From: Ranitomeya imitator
Lineage: Eukaryota
DNA: 64,000 bases
Assembly: GCF_032444005.1 (NCBI RefSeq)
Contig: NC_091288.1
Coordinates: forward strand, 16,058,001-16,122,000
Direction: 5' to 3'
Made by a program: the position numbers and the translations under genes. The notes under the pieces were generated by a model that saw only the letters and a list, made by a program, of their open reading frames with translations, did no database searches and was not told the origin of the DNA. Shown here piece by piece: positions 1 to 11,800 of the stretch. How positions within the stretch are numbered: the first letter of the stretch is position 1; the number at the start of each line of letters is the position of its first letter.

Positions 1-184
1 AAGAGGAGAAGTAGCTCAGGGTTGTATCTTGAGATTCAGCTCACCGGATCCTTCTCTCCTCAGACATTATCGGTCAGGGAAGAGCCGGTCGGTTACACCA
101 GATCCTCGGGCCTTGTTCACACGTTGTGAATAAGAGGAATAATGTCGCCGCTGTCAAGTTTACACTTTGTGTTTATTTCTGCAG

Positions 185-2456
185 CACTTTTACGGCGTGC
201 TGGAAAGGGAAAGCCTAAACAATGTGAATGTGACAGGGAAGGAGGGACAATGGTTGGATGTTTTGGTTGAAAATATGGGAAGAATAAATTATGGCAGCGA
301 TCTGAAAGACTTCAAGGTAAAGTCGGCGACGGAGAGGAGCGAGATAATCGCCACGCCGAGCAATTAAAGGGATGTTCATATGTGATCTCACTCCCTCAGG
401 GGTTAATAGGGAACCTGACGCTGGGGAACGACCTGCTGGAAAACTGGGTGGTCTATCCCCTAAATCTGGACGGCCCAATTTCCCAGGGGTGGCCCCACAT
501 CATGGCCGATCATATGCTGAAGACGGCGCAGACCGAGAGCAGGACGGGTCCGGCCATCTACAGCGGGACCATGACAATCACCGACATTGGAGACACGTAC
601 CTGAAACTGCCCAAGTGGACCAAGGTGAGAAATAGGCAGTATATCGAGTCCCTGCACAATCCTCCCAAAATACGCAGTGCTGCTGGGACCCTGCGCCCCC
701 CATTATGTGACGCTCAGTCCTCACTATTATCACATGTGGACAGGTTACTGCCTCCAACAAAATCAGCACAGTCCTCTACTGCTGCTCTGCAGCTCTGTTA
801 TCATTGTAGTGCACAGTGATTGCACCAGCAGAATAGTGAGTGCAGCTCTGGAGGAAAATACAGGAGGTAACTCAGGATCAGTAATGTAATGTATGTACAC
901 AGTGACTGCACCAGCAGAATAGTGAGTGCAGCTCTGGAGTATAATATAGGATGTAACTCAGGATCAGTAATGTATGTACACAGTGACTGCACCAGCAGAA
1001 TAGTGAGTGCAGCTCTGGAGTATAATACAGGATGTAACTCAGGATCAGTAATGTATGTACACAGTGACTGCACCAGCAGAATAGTGAGTGCAGCTCTGGA
1101 GTATAATACAGGATGTAACTCAGGATCAGTAATGTATGTACACAGTGACTGCACCAGCAGAATAGTGAGTGCAGCTCTGGGGTATAATACAGGATGTAAC
1201 TCAGGATCAGTAATGTAATGTATGTACACAGTGACTGCACCAGCAGAATAGTGAGTGCAGCTCTGGAGTATAATACAGGATGTAACTCAGGATCAGTAAT
1301 GTAATGTATGTACACAGTGACTGCACCAGCAGAATAGTGAGTGCAGCTCTGGGGTATAATACAGGATGTAACTCAGGATCAGTAATGTAATGTATGTACA
1401 CAGTGACTGCACCAGCAGAATAGTGAGTGCAGCTCTGGAGTATAATACAGGAGGTAACTCAGGATCAGTAATGTACTGTATGTACACAGTAACTGCAGCA
1501 GCAGAATAGTGAGTGCAGCTCTGGAGTATAATACAGGATGTAACTCAGGATCAGTAATGTATGTACACAGTGACTGCACCAGCAGAATAGTGAGTGTAGC
1601 TCTGGGGTATAATACAGGAGGTAACTCAGGATCAGTAATGTACTGTATGTACACAGTAACTGCAGCAGCAGAATAGTGAGTGCAGCTCTGGGGTATAATA
1701 CAAGATGTAACTCAGGATCAGTAATGTATGTACACAGTGACTGCACCAGTAGAATAGTGAGTGCAGCTCTGGGGTATAATACAAGATGTAACTCAGGATC
1801 AGTAATGTATGTACACAGTGACTGCACCAGTAGAATAGTGAGTGCAGCTCTGGGGTATAATACAGGAGGTAACTCAGGATCAGTAATGTAATGTATGTAC
1901 ACAGTGACTGCACCAGCAGAATAGTGAGTGCAGCTCTGGGGTATAATACAAGATGTAACTCAGGATCAGTAATGTAATGTATGTACACAGTGACTGCACC
2001 AGCAGAATAGTGAGTGCAGCTCTGGGGTATAATACAGGATGTAACTCAGGATCAGTAATGTAATGTATGTACACAGTGACTGCAGCAGCAGAATAGTGAG
2101 TGCAGCTCTGGGGTATAATACAGGATGTAACTCAGGATCAGTAATGTAATGTATGTACACAGTGACTGCACCAGCAGAATAGTGAGTGCAGCTCTGGAGT
2201 ATAATACAGGACATGTAATGTGACATGGCATTTGTTTTATTTTCTGCAGGGACAGGTGTGGATAAACGGCTTCAATCTTGGACGATACTGGCCCATACGA
2301 GGGCCACAAGTAACCCTTTATGTACCCGGCAGTATTCTAAGCACTTCCCAGGTGAATAACATCACGGTGCTGGAGCTGGAGGAGGCGCCGCAGCAGCTTA
2401 TTGTCATGTTCCTGGACAGGCCCATACTAAATGGGACTCATGTGGGAAAATGGTGA
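185..2456 (+). CDS. GLB1L: Beta-galactosidase-1-like protein, last three coding exons: join(185-316,400-624,2250-2456); 5' part lies upstream of the window
   Basis: GH35 C-terminal motifs [22 protein letters not shown] and [25 protein letters not shown]; AG/GT boundaries at every junction, all phase 0; stop TGA 2454-2456. Assigned to GLB1L rather than GLB1 by adjacency to ANKZF1 (known synteny). Confidence 0.9.
811..2218. repeat. Tandem repeat, 86-bp unit (79-bp variant), ~17 copies, in last GLB1L intron
   Basis: Unit ATGTACACAGTGACTGCACCAGCAGAATAGTGAGTGCAGCTCTGGAGTATAATACAGGATGTAACTCAGGATCAGTA(ATGTAAT); ORF track repeats at 86-nt intervals (1207, 1293, 1379, 1465). Confidence 0.95.
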
Positions 2457-3085
2457 CATTGTGGACAATTCTACAAGTTTCCTGATTTTTCTGGGTCATG
2501 ATTGGACTAAACCCTGCGTTATGTGAAATGATGACAGCAGCGGAAAATGAGTCTTATAATGAAGCCGCTGCTGCCAGCTCCGCAGGGATGAGACCCCGAA
2601 CTGTATGAGTCGGGGGCAGGATAATCCCGGGCGGTAGCGACATTTATATTACATGAATGTGAATCGCGTTACACAACCCGCTCTGATTCTCAGAGATTTT
2701 CTTATGGTATCTTGGCACTCTTCTTCTGATTTGTAATTGGTCTTTATGGGATCACATCGCACACCCCCAATGTATACAGACCTAGGTCATTAAAGTGAGA
2801 CGCCCACCTCTCAACCGTTTTTATGATGTTGCTTTTTCACATTGTTTTTACTTTGTAGAAAATACCTCCCTGTAGCTAATTGGAAACTATCATCAAGTCA
2901 ATGTTGGCTGACATGTTTTTAATCGGAAGAGAAGGTACGAAATCCAGCAGCGCAAAATTAATTAAAAAGACCATCTTTAATACCCCCCCCCAAAAAAAAA
3001 AAATCCTAATGGAAAGGTATATACTAAGGACTACTGAGAGTCCTATCAAATCCATAGGATTGCAGACTAAGGACTGCAATGGGGG

Positions 3086-3188
3086 AAAAAAAGGATTTTT
3101 GGTACTCACCGTAAAGTCTCTTTCTTGGAGCCTTGATTGGGGGACACAGCATGGTTACCTGTGTCCCCCAATGAAGCGATAAAGAAAA
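3086..3188 (-). mobile_element. Minimal DIRS remnant made only of the two termini
   Basis: Minus strand reads TTTTCTTTATCGCTTCATTGGGGGACACAG-gtaaccatg-CTGTGTCCCCCAATCAAGGCTCCAAGAAAGAGACTTTACGGTGAGTACCAAAAATCC, resembling the left and right ends of the DIRS at 8719-15088. Confidence 0.7.
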
Positions 3189-4130
3189 GTGAATTGCAGA
3201 CTTTTATCAATTGCAAAAAAAATCCCTTTGAATGGTCCGTTTACTGCTGATCACGACCACATCGGGATCAACAGGGTTTGTGCACGTGACCAATTCTAAT
3301 GCATGGTGCACGTGCAAGATACCCGCTGCTCACTCCTGCGTCCCAGCAGGCGGATGCAACATTGGCACCGCGCACTTCCTGATGCCGAAGTGAGAATCGA
3401 AAAACAATCCCTTTAAATCCGTCTTGGGGGCATGAGTACTCCGTGTCTTTATCAAAAATATTTTGCCTGGAACCAACCTTGGAAAAAAACAAAATACACC
3501 AAAAATAATTAACTTACGTGCTGCAATGTAAAAACCGACTTGCTGTGCACATGTTCCAACTTTTGTGACTTCTTCTAAACATTTCAGACTTTAGTAGCCG
3601 TAAAGCTGCTAAAAGAAGTGACTGGTCCTCCTTCTACTGCACCAATGGTAGATATGGAATTCTGCTGCTCACTGACATCAATCCATCCAGTCTCTAGTCC
3701 CGGCAGTAATCGTCCTTCTGCTACAGGACACCTGCCATGATGAGGGTCCTTTGTCACCTGGACTGCACAGAAATGCATCGTCCCTGCTGATTCATGGCAG
3801 CCGGGGAGGGAGAGACCAGGTAAGTAATCGCTCTGTGGACAGCACAGTATAAAAGAAGGATTTGTTAGAGCCGTGTCCAGCTATACTGAGGCTATAACTA
3901 GCACTGATGTATTGGAAGTTTATTTAATTATGGAAAATCATTAAGGCAATAATAATGTGACATCCTGATTATTGGCAGGCGGCAATTACAATGTCAGTTT
4001 GGTCAAAAATTAAAGAAGTGACATTCGCTTTTCCTGTACTGACGATGGAAGGGTTCTTGTTCTGTGTCTGTGGCATCTGAGCCTTACTTCCAGTAAATAA
4101 GCCAGGAAAAGCTTCTGGAGTGAACATTAA

Positions 4131-4464
4131 GGCTAAGTGCACACGTTCAGGATTTCTTGCAGAAAATTCCTGAGAAAAACCGGACATTTTCTGCAAGAAA
4201 CCACGTTTTTTGCCGCGGTTTTGATGCGTTTTTTTTCCGGACATTTCCCAATGCATTTTGTAGTGGGAAATCCGCAAAATGAATGAACATGCTGCGTTTT
4301 TTACCGCGATGCATTTTTTTCGCGGAAAAAAACGCATCATGTGCACAAAACATGCGGAATTCATGCTAAATGATGGGATGCTTATTGTATGCGTTTTTTT
4401 TTTGCGGTTTTATAGCGTTTTTATCGGGAAAAACCGGAAAAAACCGCAACGTGTGCACACAGCC
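4131..4464. mobile_element. Palindromic MITE flanked by TTAA (Kolobok/T2-like)
   Basis: TTAA|GGCTAAGTGCACACGTT...AACGTGTGCACACAGCC|TTAA; TTAA at 4127-4130 and 4465-4468. Confidence 0.8.
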
Positions 4465-4855
4465 TTAAGGGGTGTTATTAGAATTCAAAGTGATTCCCTA
4501 TCCACAGGACAAGAGAAAATGTACCAAATGCAGGGGTGTGACAGGTGGCATCCTCGGCGACCCACGAAAAGGGACTCCTTTCTAAAAGACCTATACCCAT
4601 GCATGGAGGATACCTCCAGCTTTTGGGATGACGTCTTTAATTGTATACATGGGTCATTATTTGCCATATACCGGCCAGAAGGGTGTGGTTTTTTTTGTTG
4701 TGGGGCTGAAACACTTGGATTTTATGGGTAGAAAATTGTCAGCATATAACAGCATCAAATTTAGAGATTGTAAAAAAAGTATATGCAGAAACTGGCCTTT
4801 GCCTATGCTGCGTATTTTAAGTCTGTGACATGTCCAGTGTTGCAGCAAACTTTTA

Positions 4856-5105
4856 GGGTTTGTGCACACGTTGCGGGTTTAGCCCTGCGGGTCCGTAGCA
4901 GTTTTCTATGTGGTGTACAGTACCATGTAAACCTATGGAAAACCAAATCCACAGTGGACATGCTGTGGAAAATTGCATAATAGGAATCCGAAGGTGTAAA
5001 AACGCAGGCGAAATCCGCACAAAATCTGCAGGTAAAACGTAGGGCATTTTACCTGCGGATGCTGCAGAATCTGCATGGAAAAATCCGCAATGTGTGCACA
5101 TACCC
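4856..5105. mobile_element. Palindromic MITE, same GGxTxTGTGCACAC terminus family
   Basis: GGGTTTGTGCACACGTTG...CAATGTGTGCACATACCC; flanks are degenerate TTAA. Confidence 0.7.
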
Positions 5106-5877
5106 TTACCCTTTGCATCATGCGAATCTGCAATAGAAACTTTGTGTGGATTTGGCCACAGATTTTTGTTTTCCATTCATGTGGATGTAATGTTTGGGTT
5201 CTGTTGGGTCATGTAATCTGTTAAACTGCACTTTCCAAAACAGGAGGCCATCGAAGAGTCCCTAAATATCACATGGCATGATTTTTTTTTATTTTTTTTT
5301 TCCCCCTATGGCCATCATCTGCCATGGTGGGCCTAGAGAGCAGCTTGAAGTCTTCCCATTAGGTCCGGCCCATGAAAAGCTCAGATGCCACATTCATGAT
5401 GGCATGGTCCACTTCCAACACTGGTCAACTAGGGTATCATTAGAAGGGTTGTACAGGATTAAAACAAAAACAATATATATTATATATAGATCTAGTTGCA
5501 GTTTTCCAAAACCGTCCATGGATTGTGGCCAGTTTTACAGCTCCGCTCTATTACGGAGAATATGGCGGAGCTGCAATACCGCACACCACCTCAGGCAGGG
5601 GTGGCGCTGTGTTTGGATTCATGTTAAATCTAGTTACAGGCTTTAAGAAACGCAATATGTTGCACATGAGCACCCTTGACTTTGCAGTCGGTTAGCAGCA
5701 GCAGCAGCCACCGTCCAGGAATCCTCAGCGCATACGCCAGGCTGGTCATAGTCCATGGAGCCGAGGACGAGATCTCTCATGTTCAGTACAATCTTCCACA
5801 ATCGGAGACGGTCCCAGAGAGGTAAGCGGCGGCTGGAGCATTGGCTTTGTAGCACTGCCCGGACTTTTCCACGGCGG

Positions 5878-8800
5878 CTACTTCTGAGGTTTGGTGACTT
5901 GGCTACGTCGATGTTCTTGTAAACAGCGTGTGCTACAGAAGGAGAACTCGAGGTATTCAAATGGGATTTTTCCTAAAAGCGATTCTCCGCACTGCCAGCA
6001 GCGCCTGCAACACAAAGCAAAACGCCAAACTTACCAAATAGAGAAAAATATAAGAATCTTTACTGAAAGCTTTTTACCACCTTAGTGCAGATTGAGTTAT
6101 TTTATGTCTTTTTCCCCTTTCGTGCAGCTCTACGCCGGTCACCTTTGGCTACAGACGGCGGTTTACCTTCCTGCACCAGTCAGTCACTTGTCCTAAGAGT
6201 TTAGTTACCCCCCGTGCAGCCGCAATACTCTGCTGTCTAGAGCTGAATGTAGCTTCAGTCATGAATGGAGAAGAAAACATGTAACTCAAAGAGAGGAAAT
6301 GTATCCAGGGGAGAAAATCCTCCTTACCTGACGTTGGTCCCAGCCGTCTCGTTGCTGAGGTTGAGCTGTGCGGCCAGTCTACGCTCTGCTACGATCGCTC
6401 TCTGCATGAGAAATACAGGAATTACGTGAAAATACAATCACAATTTAGGCTGTTCATGGTCATCTCTGTGAGCATACAAGACTGCGGTTCATGGTCATCC
6501 TCTTAGGCTGCTGGACTATGCTTTTCATGGTCATCCTCTTAGGCTGCAGGACTATGAAGTTCATGGTCATCTTAGGCTGCAGGACTATGCTGTTCATGGT
6601 CATCCTCTTAGGCTGCTGGACTATGCGGTTCATGGTCATCCTCTTAGGCTGCAGGACTATGCTGTTCATGGTCATCTTCTAAGGCTGCAGGACTATGCGG
6701 TTCATGGTCATCCTCTTAGGCTGCAGGACTATGCAGTTCATGGTCATCCTCTTAGGCTGCAGGACTATGCAGTTCATGGTCATCTTAGGCTGCTGGACTA
6801 TGCGGTTCATGGTCATCTTCTAAGGCTGCAGGACTATGCGGTTTATGGTCATCCTCTTAGGCTGCAGGACTATGCAGTTCATGGTCATCTTAGGCTGCTG
6901 GACTATGCGGTTCATGGTCATCTTCTAAGGCTGCAGGACTATGCGGTTCATGGTCATCCTCTTAGGCTGCAGGACTATGCGGTTCATGGTCATCCTCTTA
7001 GGCTGCAGGACTATGCAGTTCATGGTCATCTTAGGCTGCTGGACTATGCGGTTCATGGTCATCTTCTAAGGCTGCAGGACTATGCGGTTTATGGTCATCC
7101 TCTTAGGCTGCAGGACTATGCTGTTCATGGTCATCCTCTTAGGCTGCAGGACTATGCGGTTCATGGTCATCCTCTTAGGCTGCAGGACTATGCGGTTCAT
7201 GGTCATCTTCTAAGGCTGCAGGACTATGCTGTTCATGGTCATCTTCTTAGGCTGCAGGACTATGCGGTTCATGGGCATCTTCTTAGGCAGCAGGACTATG
7301 CTGTTCATGGTCATCTTCTTAGGGTGCAGGACTATGCTGTTCATGGTCATCCTCTTAGGGTGCAGGACTATGCTGTTCATGGTCATCCTCTTAGGGTGCA
7401 GGACTATGCTGTTCATGGTCATCTTCTTAGGGTGCAGGACTATGCTGTTCATGGTCATCTTCTTAGGGTGCAGGACTATGCTGTTCATGGTCATCTTCTT
7501 AGGGTGCAGGACTATGCTGTTCATGGTCATCCTCTTAGGCTGCAGGACTATGCGGTTCATAGTCTTCTTCTCCATGTGGTCTACCTAGAAGCTCCCTGAA
7601 CTTTCCTCCCCTTAAGGCAATGGCTTTTCGTAGAGTTGAGCAAAAAGGTTTGCAGGACCCTGATCTGGCGTTCACGTTGGTACTTCGTAGCAGCAGAATT
7701 AGGGCAGTGCGAAGTTCTACGGCCAACACTCAAATATCAGCATCCTGGATGACTCTCAAAGGGAACCTGTCAGCAGGATTGTGCTCAGTACCATGCACAC
7801 AGTTTCAAGTTGGCGCCGTTATACTGATTAGAATGATACCTGTGATGAAATCCATCTTTTGGTTGTTGTGTAATCTATATTTTCAGTTTTGAGTTAATGA
7901 TATGCTCGTGTTCCGGGGTGGCCTGTGTAATCAGAATAACGGCGCCGACCTGACACTGTCTGCAGGTTACTGAGCACAATCCTGCTGACAGGTTCCCTTT
8001 AAAATTACTCCATCCCATGAGCATCACTAAATCAGTGGGGCCTTGCAATCACCAGAGGCACGCAGGAAGCCAGCATTCGAGTTCCAGCCGTTAAGTTCGC
8101 ACTGCCCTGATTTGAATCTTTTTGTTGAACGTTACCTTTTCTTATTCCCTCCTATTGTTGCTCCCCTTCTGCTTCCTATCAGGGGTGGTCCGTATTGTTC
8201 GCAGCAAGGAACCGTGACTGTAAGTGACGGCATTGAGAAAGAAGGTCCTGGCAGCGCACTACCTGGAATCATTGGAGCTCAGAAAATGGTCTTGGAAAAT
8301 TTCCATGCAGAATAACTGCAGTCGCCATTTTCATTACTGTGGTCGTGTCGACAACAGCTAAAAACGGCCTGAGGGAGAAGGCTCCACACATACGTGATAT
8401 TCAGGGGTTAATAGTCAGTGATGTGTACGGACACAGGAAGGCCTCACCTTCTCACGCTCAGTCAGAGCTGCAAATCTCTTCTTCTCGGCCTCCTCGGCCT
8501 CCCTTCTCAGCCTCTCTTCTTTGTCGTCTTTCTCCTTCTGTTTCCTTTGCGCCCTCTGGACGCGCTTCTTCTCCGCCTTACGGGCCTCCACCTCCTCCGA
8601 TATTGGTCCTGGGATCTAAATTCAGTAGAAGATGATTAATCAATGTCCGGTATTGATGTAATGAAAACATATAACAGATTGCTCCAGGTGAGCCGATTGT
8701 GGCGATACCAAACTTAAGTTTTTCTCCTTCGCCTCATTGGGGGACACGGACCGTGGGTGTATGCTGCTGCCACTAGGAGGCGACACTAAGTGATACACGC

Positions 8801-11800
8801 TCCTCCCCTGCAGTATACACCCTCCTGCCGGCTCTCGGCTCCTCCCCTGCAGTATACACCCTCCTGCCGGCTCTCGGCTCCTCCCCTGCAGTATACACCC
8901 TCCTGCCGGCTCTCGGCTCCTCCCCTGCAGTATACACCCTCCTGCTGGCTCTCGGCTCCTCCCCTGCAGTATACACCCTTCTCCTGGCTCTCGGCTCCTC
9001 CCCTGCAGTATGCACCCTCCTGCTGGCTCTCGGCTCCTCCCCTGCCGTATGCACCCTCCTCCTGGCTCTCGACTCCTCCCCTGCAGTATACACCCTCCTG
9101 CTGGCTCTCGGCTCCTCCCCTGCAGTATACACAATCCTGCTGGCTCTCGGCTCCTCCCCTGCAGTATACACCATCCTGCTGGCTCTCAGCTCCTCCCCTG
9201 CAGTATACACCCTCCTGCTGGCTCTCGGCTCCTCCCCTGCAGTATACACCCTCCTGCTGGCTCTCAGCCCCTCCCCTGCAGTATACACGCTCCTCGCCTG
9301 CAGTATACACCCTCCTGCTGGCTCTCAGCTAACCAATTCTTGCTTGGTGTCTGTAGGAGGCACACAGACATTTTTTACATTTTTGATTTTATTTTTTCCA
9401 CGGACGAATGGGGCGACGGATCCTTTCAAGGTTCCGATCTCCCCGAACCATCAACAGGCGAGCACGGAGAGTGTCGCCTCTCCGTATCCTCTCCTGCGAC
9501 GTGGGATGCCACGCCTGGGCTGATTCTTAGGGGCGAAGGGTCCCTTCAAGGGCACCGATCTCCCCGCACCATCAACAGACGAGCACATGGAGTGTCGCCT
9601 TCACGTTCCCTCTTCCCCAGCCAGGGTTAATGCTGGACAACTGGCCCTGTCCACCCGGGGACTGAACTCCGTGGACGTACAGAGGCCCCTCTCTATGGCG
9701 TCCGAGCAGCCCCCACTGTCCCACCACTGTGAAAGCGGATGGCACAAGGAGGCGGACGGTTCCTCTCCACCTCCCTAACAAAGGGATGATGGATTAAGGT
9801 TTATCCCTCTATCCCTGCACCGTCCACACTGCAATACCCGACCTGCAGTCATCCGCGGTGGCTCCATCCTGGGATGCGCACCGAAGGTGAGTGGATCCGG
9901 TCAGCGGTGGGCCCCTTGCTCACTGGCAGTCTCAGCTTCCCTGTGGCCCACCTCCTTTTTTTATTATTATTATTATACATTTTTATAGCGCCATTTATTC
10001 CATGGCGCTTTACATGTGAATACGGGGCAAATATAGACAAATACATTAAACATGAGCAGATAACAAGGCACACGAGTACATAAGGAGGGAGGACCCTGCC
10101 CGCGAGGGCTCACAGTCTGCAGGGGGTGGGTGAGGATACACTAGGAGAGGGAAGAGCTGGCTGTACGGCTGTTCAGTAGGTTGAGGATCACTGCAGGCTG
10201 TAGGCTTGTCGGAAGAGATGAGTCTTCAGGTTCTTTTTGAAGGTTTCTATGGTAGGCGCAAGTCTGATGTGTTGGGGTAGAGAGTTCCAGAGTATGGGGG
10301 AAGCACGGGAGAAGTCTTGGATGCGGTTATGGGAAGAAGAGATGAGAGGGGAGTAGAGAAGGAGGTCTTGGGAGGATCGGAGGTCGCGTGTAGGTAGGTA
10401 CCGGGAGACCATGTCACAGATGTATGGAGGAGACAGGTTGTGGATGGCTTTGTATGTCATTGTGAGGGTTTTGAACTGGAGTCTCTGGGCGATAGGAAGC
10501 CAGTGAAGGGCTTGACACAGGGGAGAGGCTGGGGAATAGCGGGGGGACAGGTGGATTAGTCGGGCAGCAGAGTGTAGGATGGATTGGAGTGGTGCCAGAG
10601 TGCTAGAGGGGAGTCCAGAGAGTAGGAGGTTGCAGTAGTCGAGGCGGGAGATGATAAGGGCATGCACTAGCGTTTTTGCAGTGTTGCGGTCAAGGAAAGC
10701 ACGGATCCGGGAAATATTTTTGAGTTTGAGACGACAGGAGGAGGCAAGGGCTTGGATATGTGGCTTGAAAGAGAGGGCAGAGTCGAGGATCACCCCGAGG
10801 CACCGGGCGTGTGGGACTGGGGATAGTGAGCAGCCATTGACATTGATGGATAGGTCTGGTGGAGGGGTAGAGTGAGATGGGGGAAAGATGATGAATTCTG
10901 TTTTGTCCATGTTCAGTTGTAGAAAGCGAGCAGAAAAGAAGGCTGAAATGGCAGACAGACAGTGCGGGATTTTGGTAAGCAAGGAGGAGAGGTCAGGTCC
11001 GGAGAGGTAGATCTGCGTGTCGTCAGCGTAGAGATGGTACTGCATACCGTGGGATTCTATGAGCTGTCCCAGGCCGAAAGTGTAGATGGAGAAGAGTAGG
11101 GGTCCTAGAACAGAGCCTTGAGGAACACCGACTGACAAGGGGCGAAGTGAGGAGGTGGTGTGGGGGAGGGAGACACTGAATGTTCGGTCTGTCAGATATG
11201 ACGAGATCCAGGAAAGGGCCAAGTCTGTGATGCCAAGGGATGAGAGGATTTGTAGCAAAAGGGAGTGGTCTACAGTGTCAAAGGCAGAAGACAAGTCCAG
11301 GAGAAGGAGGACAGAGTAGTGTCGCTTGCTCCTGGCAGTTAGTAGGTCATTGGTGACTTTAGTTAGGGCAGTTTCAGTTGAGTGATGGGAACGGAAGCCT
11401 GATTGTAACCGATCAAAGAGGGAGCAGGAGGAGAAGTGGGAGGACAGTTCAAGATGGACGTGTTGCTCCAGCAATTTGGAGGCATAAGGGAGAAGAGATA
11501 TTGGGCGATAGCTAGACACAGAGGATGGGTCGAGGGAGGGCTTTTTGAGGATGGGTGTGATCTTGGCATGCTTGAAGGATGAGGGAAAGACACCTGTTGT
11601 GAGTGAGAGGTTGAAGAGGTGTGTTAGGGTTGGGATGAAGACCGTGGAAAGGTTAGGGATGAGGTGGGATGGGAGCGGGTCAAGCGTGCAGGTGGTGAGG
11701 TGTGATCTTGACAGGAGGGTGGAGAGCTGATCTTCTGTCATGGTGGAGAAGCTGGTTTTGGAGGAGCAGGGTTGAGCAGCTAAGAGGGGCAGTGGGCGCT

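Noticed and set aside
3268-3825. ORFs 3268-3492 and 3584-3778 plus strong donors on both strands (3516 minus, 3820 plus)
   Set aside because: No recognisable homology or consistent exon chain; could be UTR or lncRNA but unsupported.
5643-5960. 105-aa minus-strand ORF overlapping the last ANKZF1 exon
   Set aside because: Alternative frame running into the 3' UTR; the true frame encodes the conserved treble-clef motif.
7620-7750. Sequence with a superficial structural-RNA look
   Set aside because: No rRNA, tRNA or snoRNA box match; part is inverted at ~8093-8112, suggesting a decayed palindromic element.
801-9332. Repetitive ORFs over the 86-, 36- and 39-bp arrays
   Set aside because: Translations of intronic tandem repeats; no domains or splice integration.
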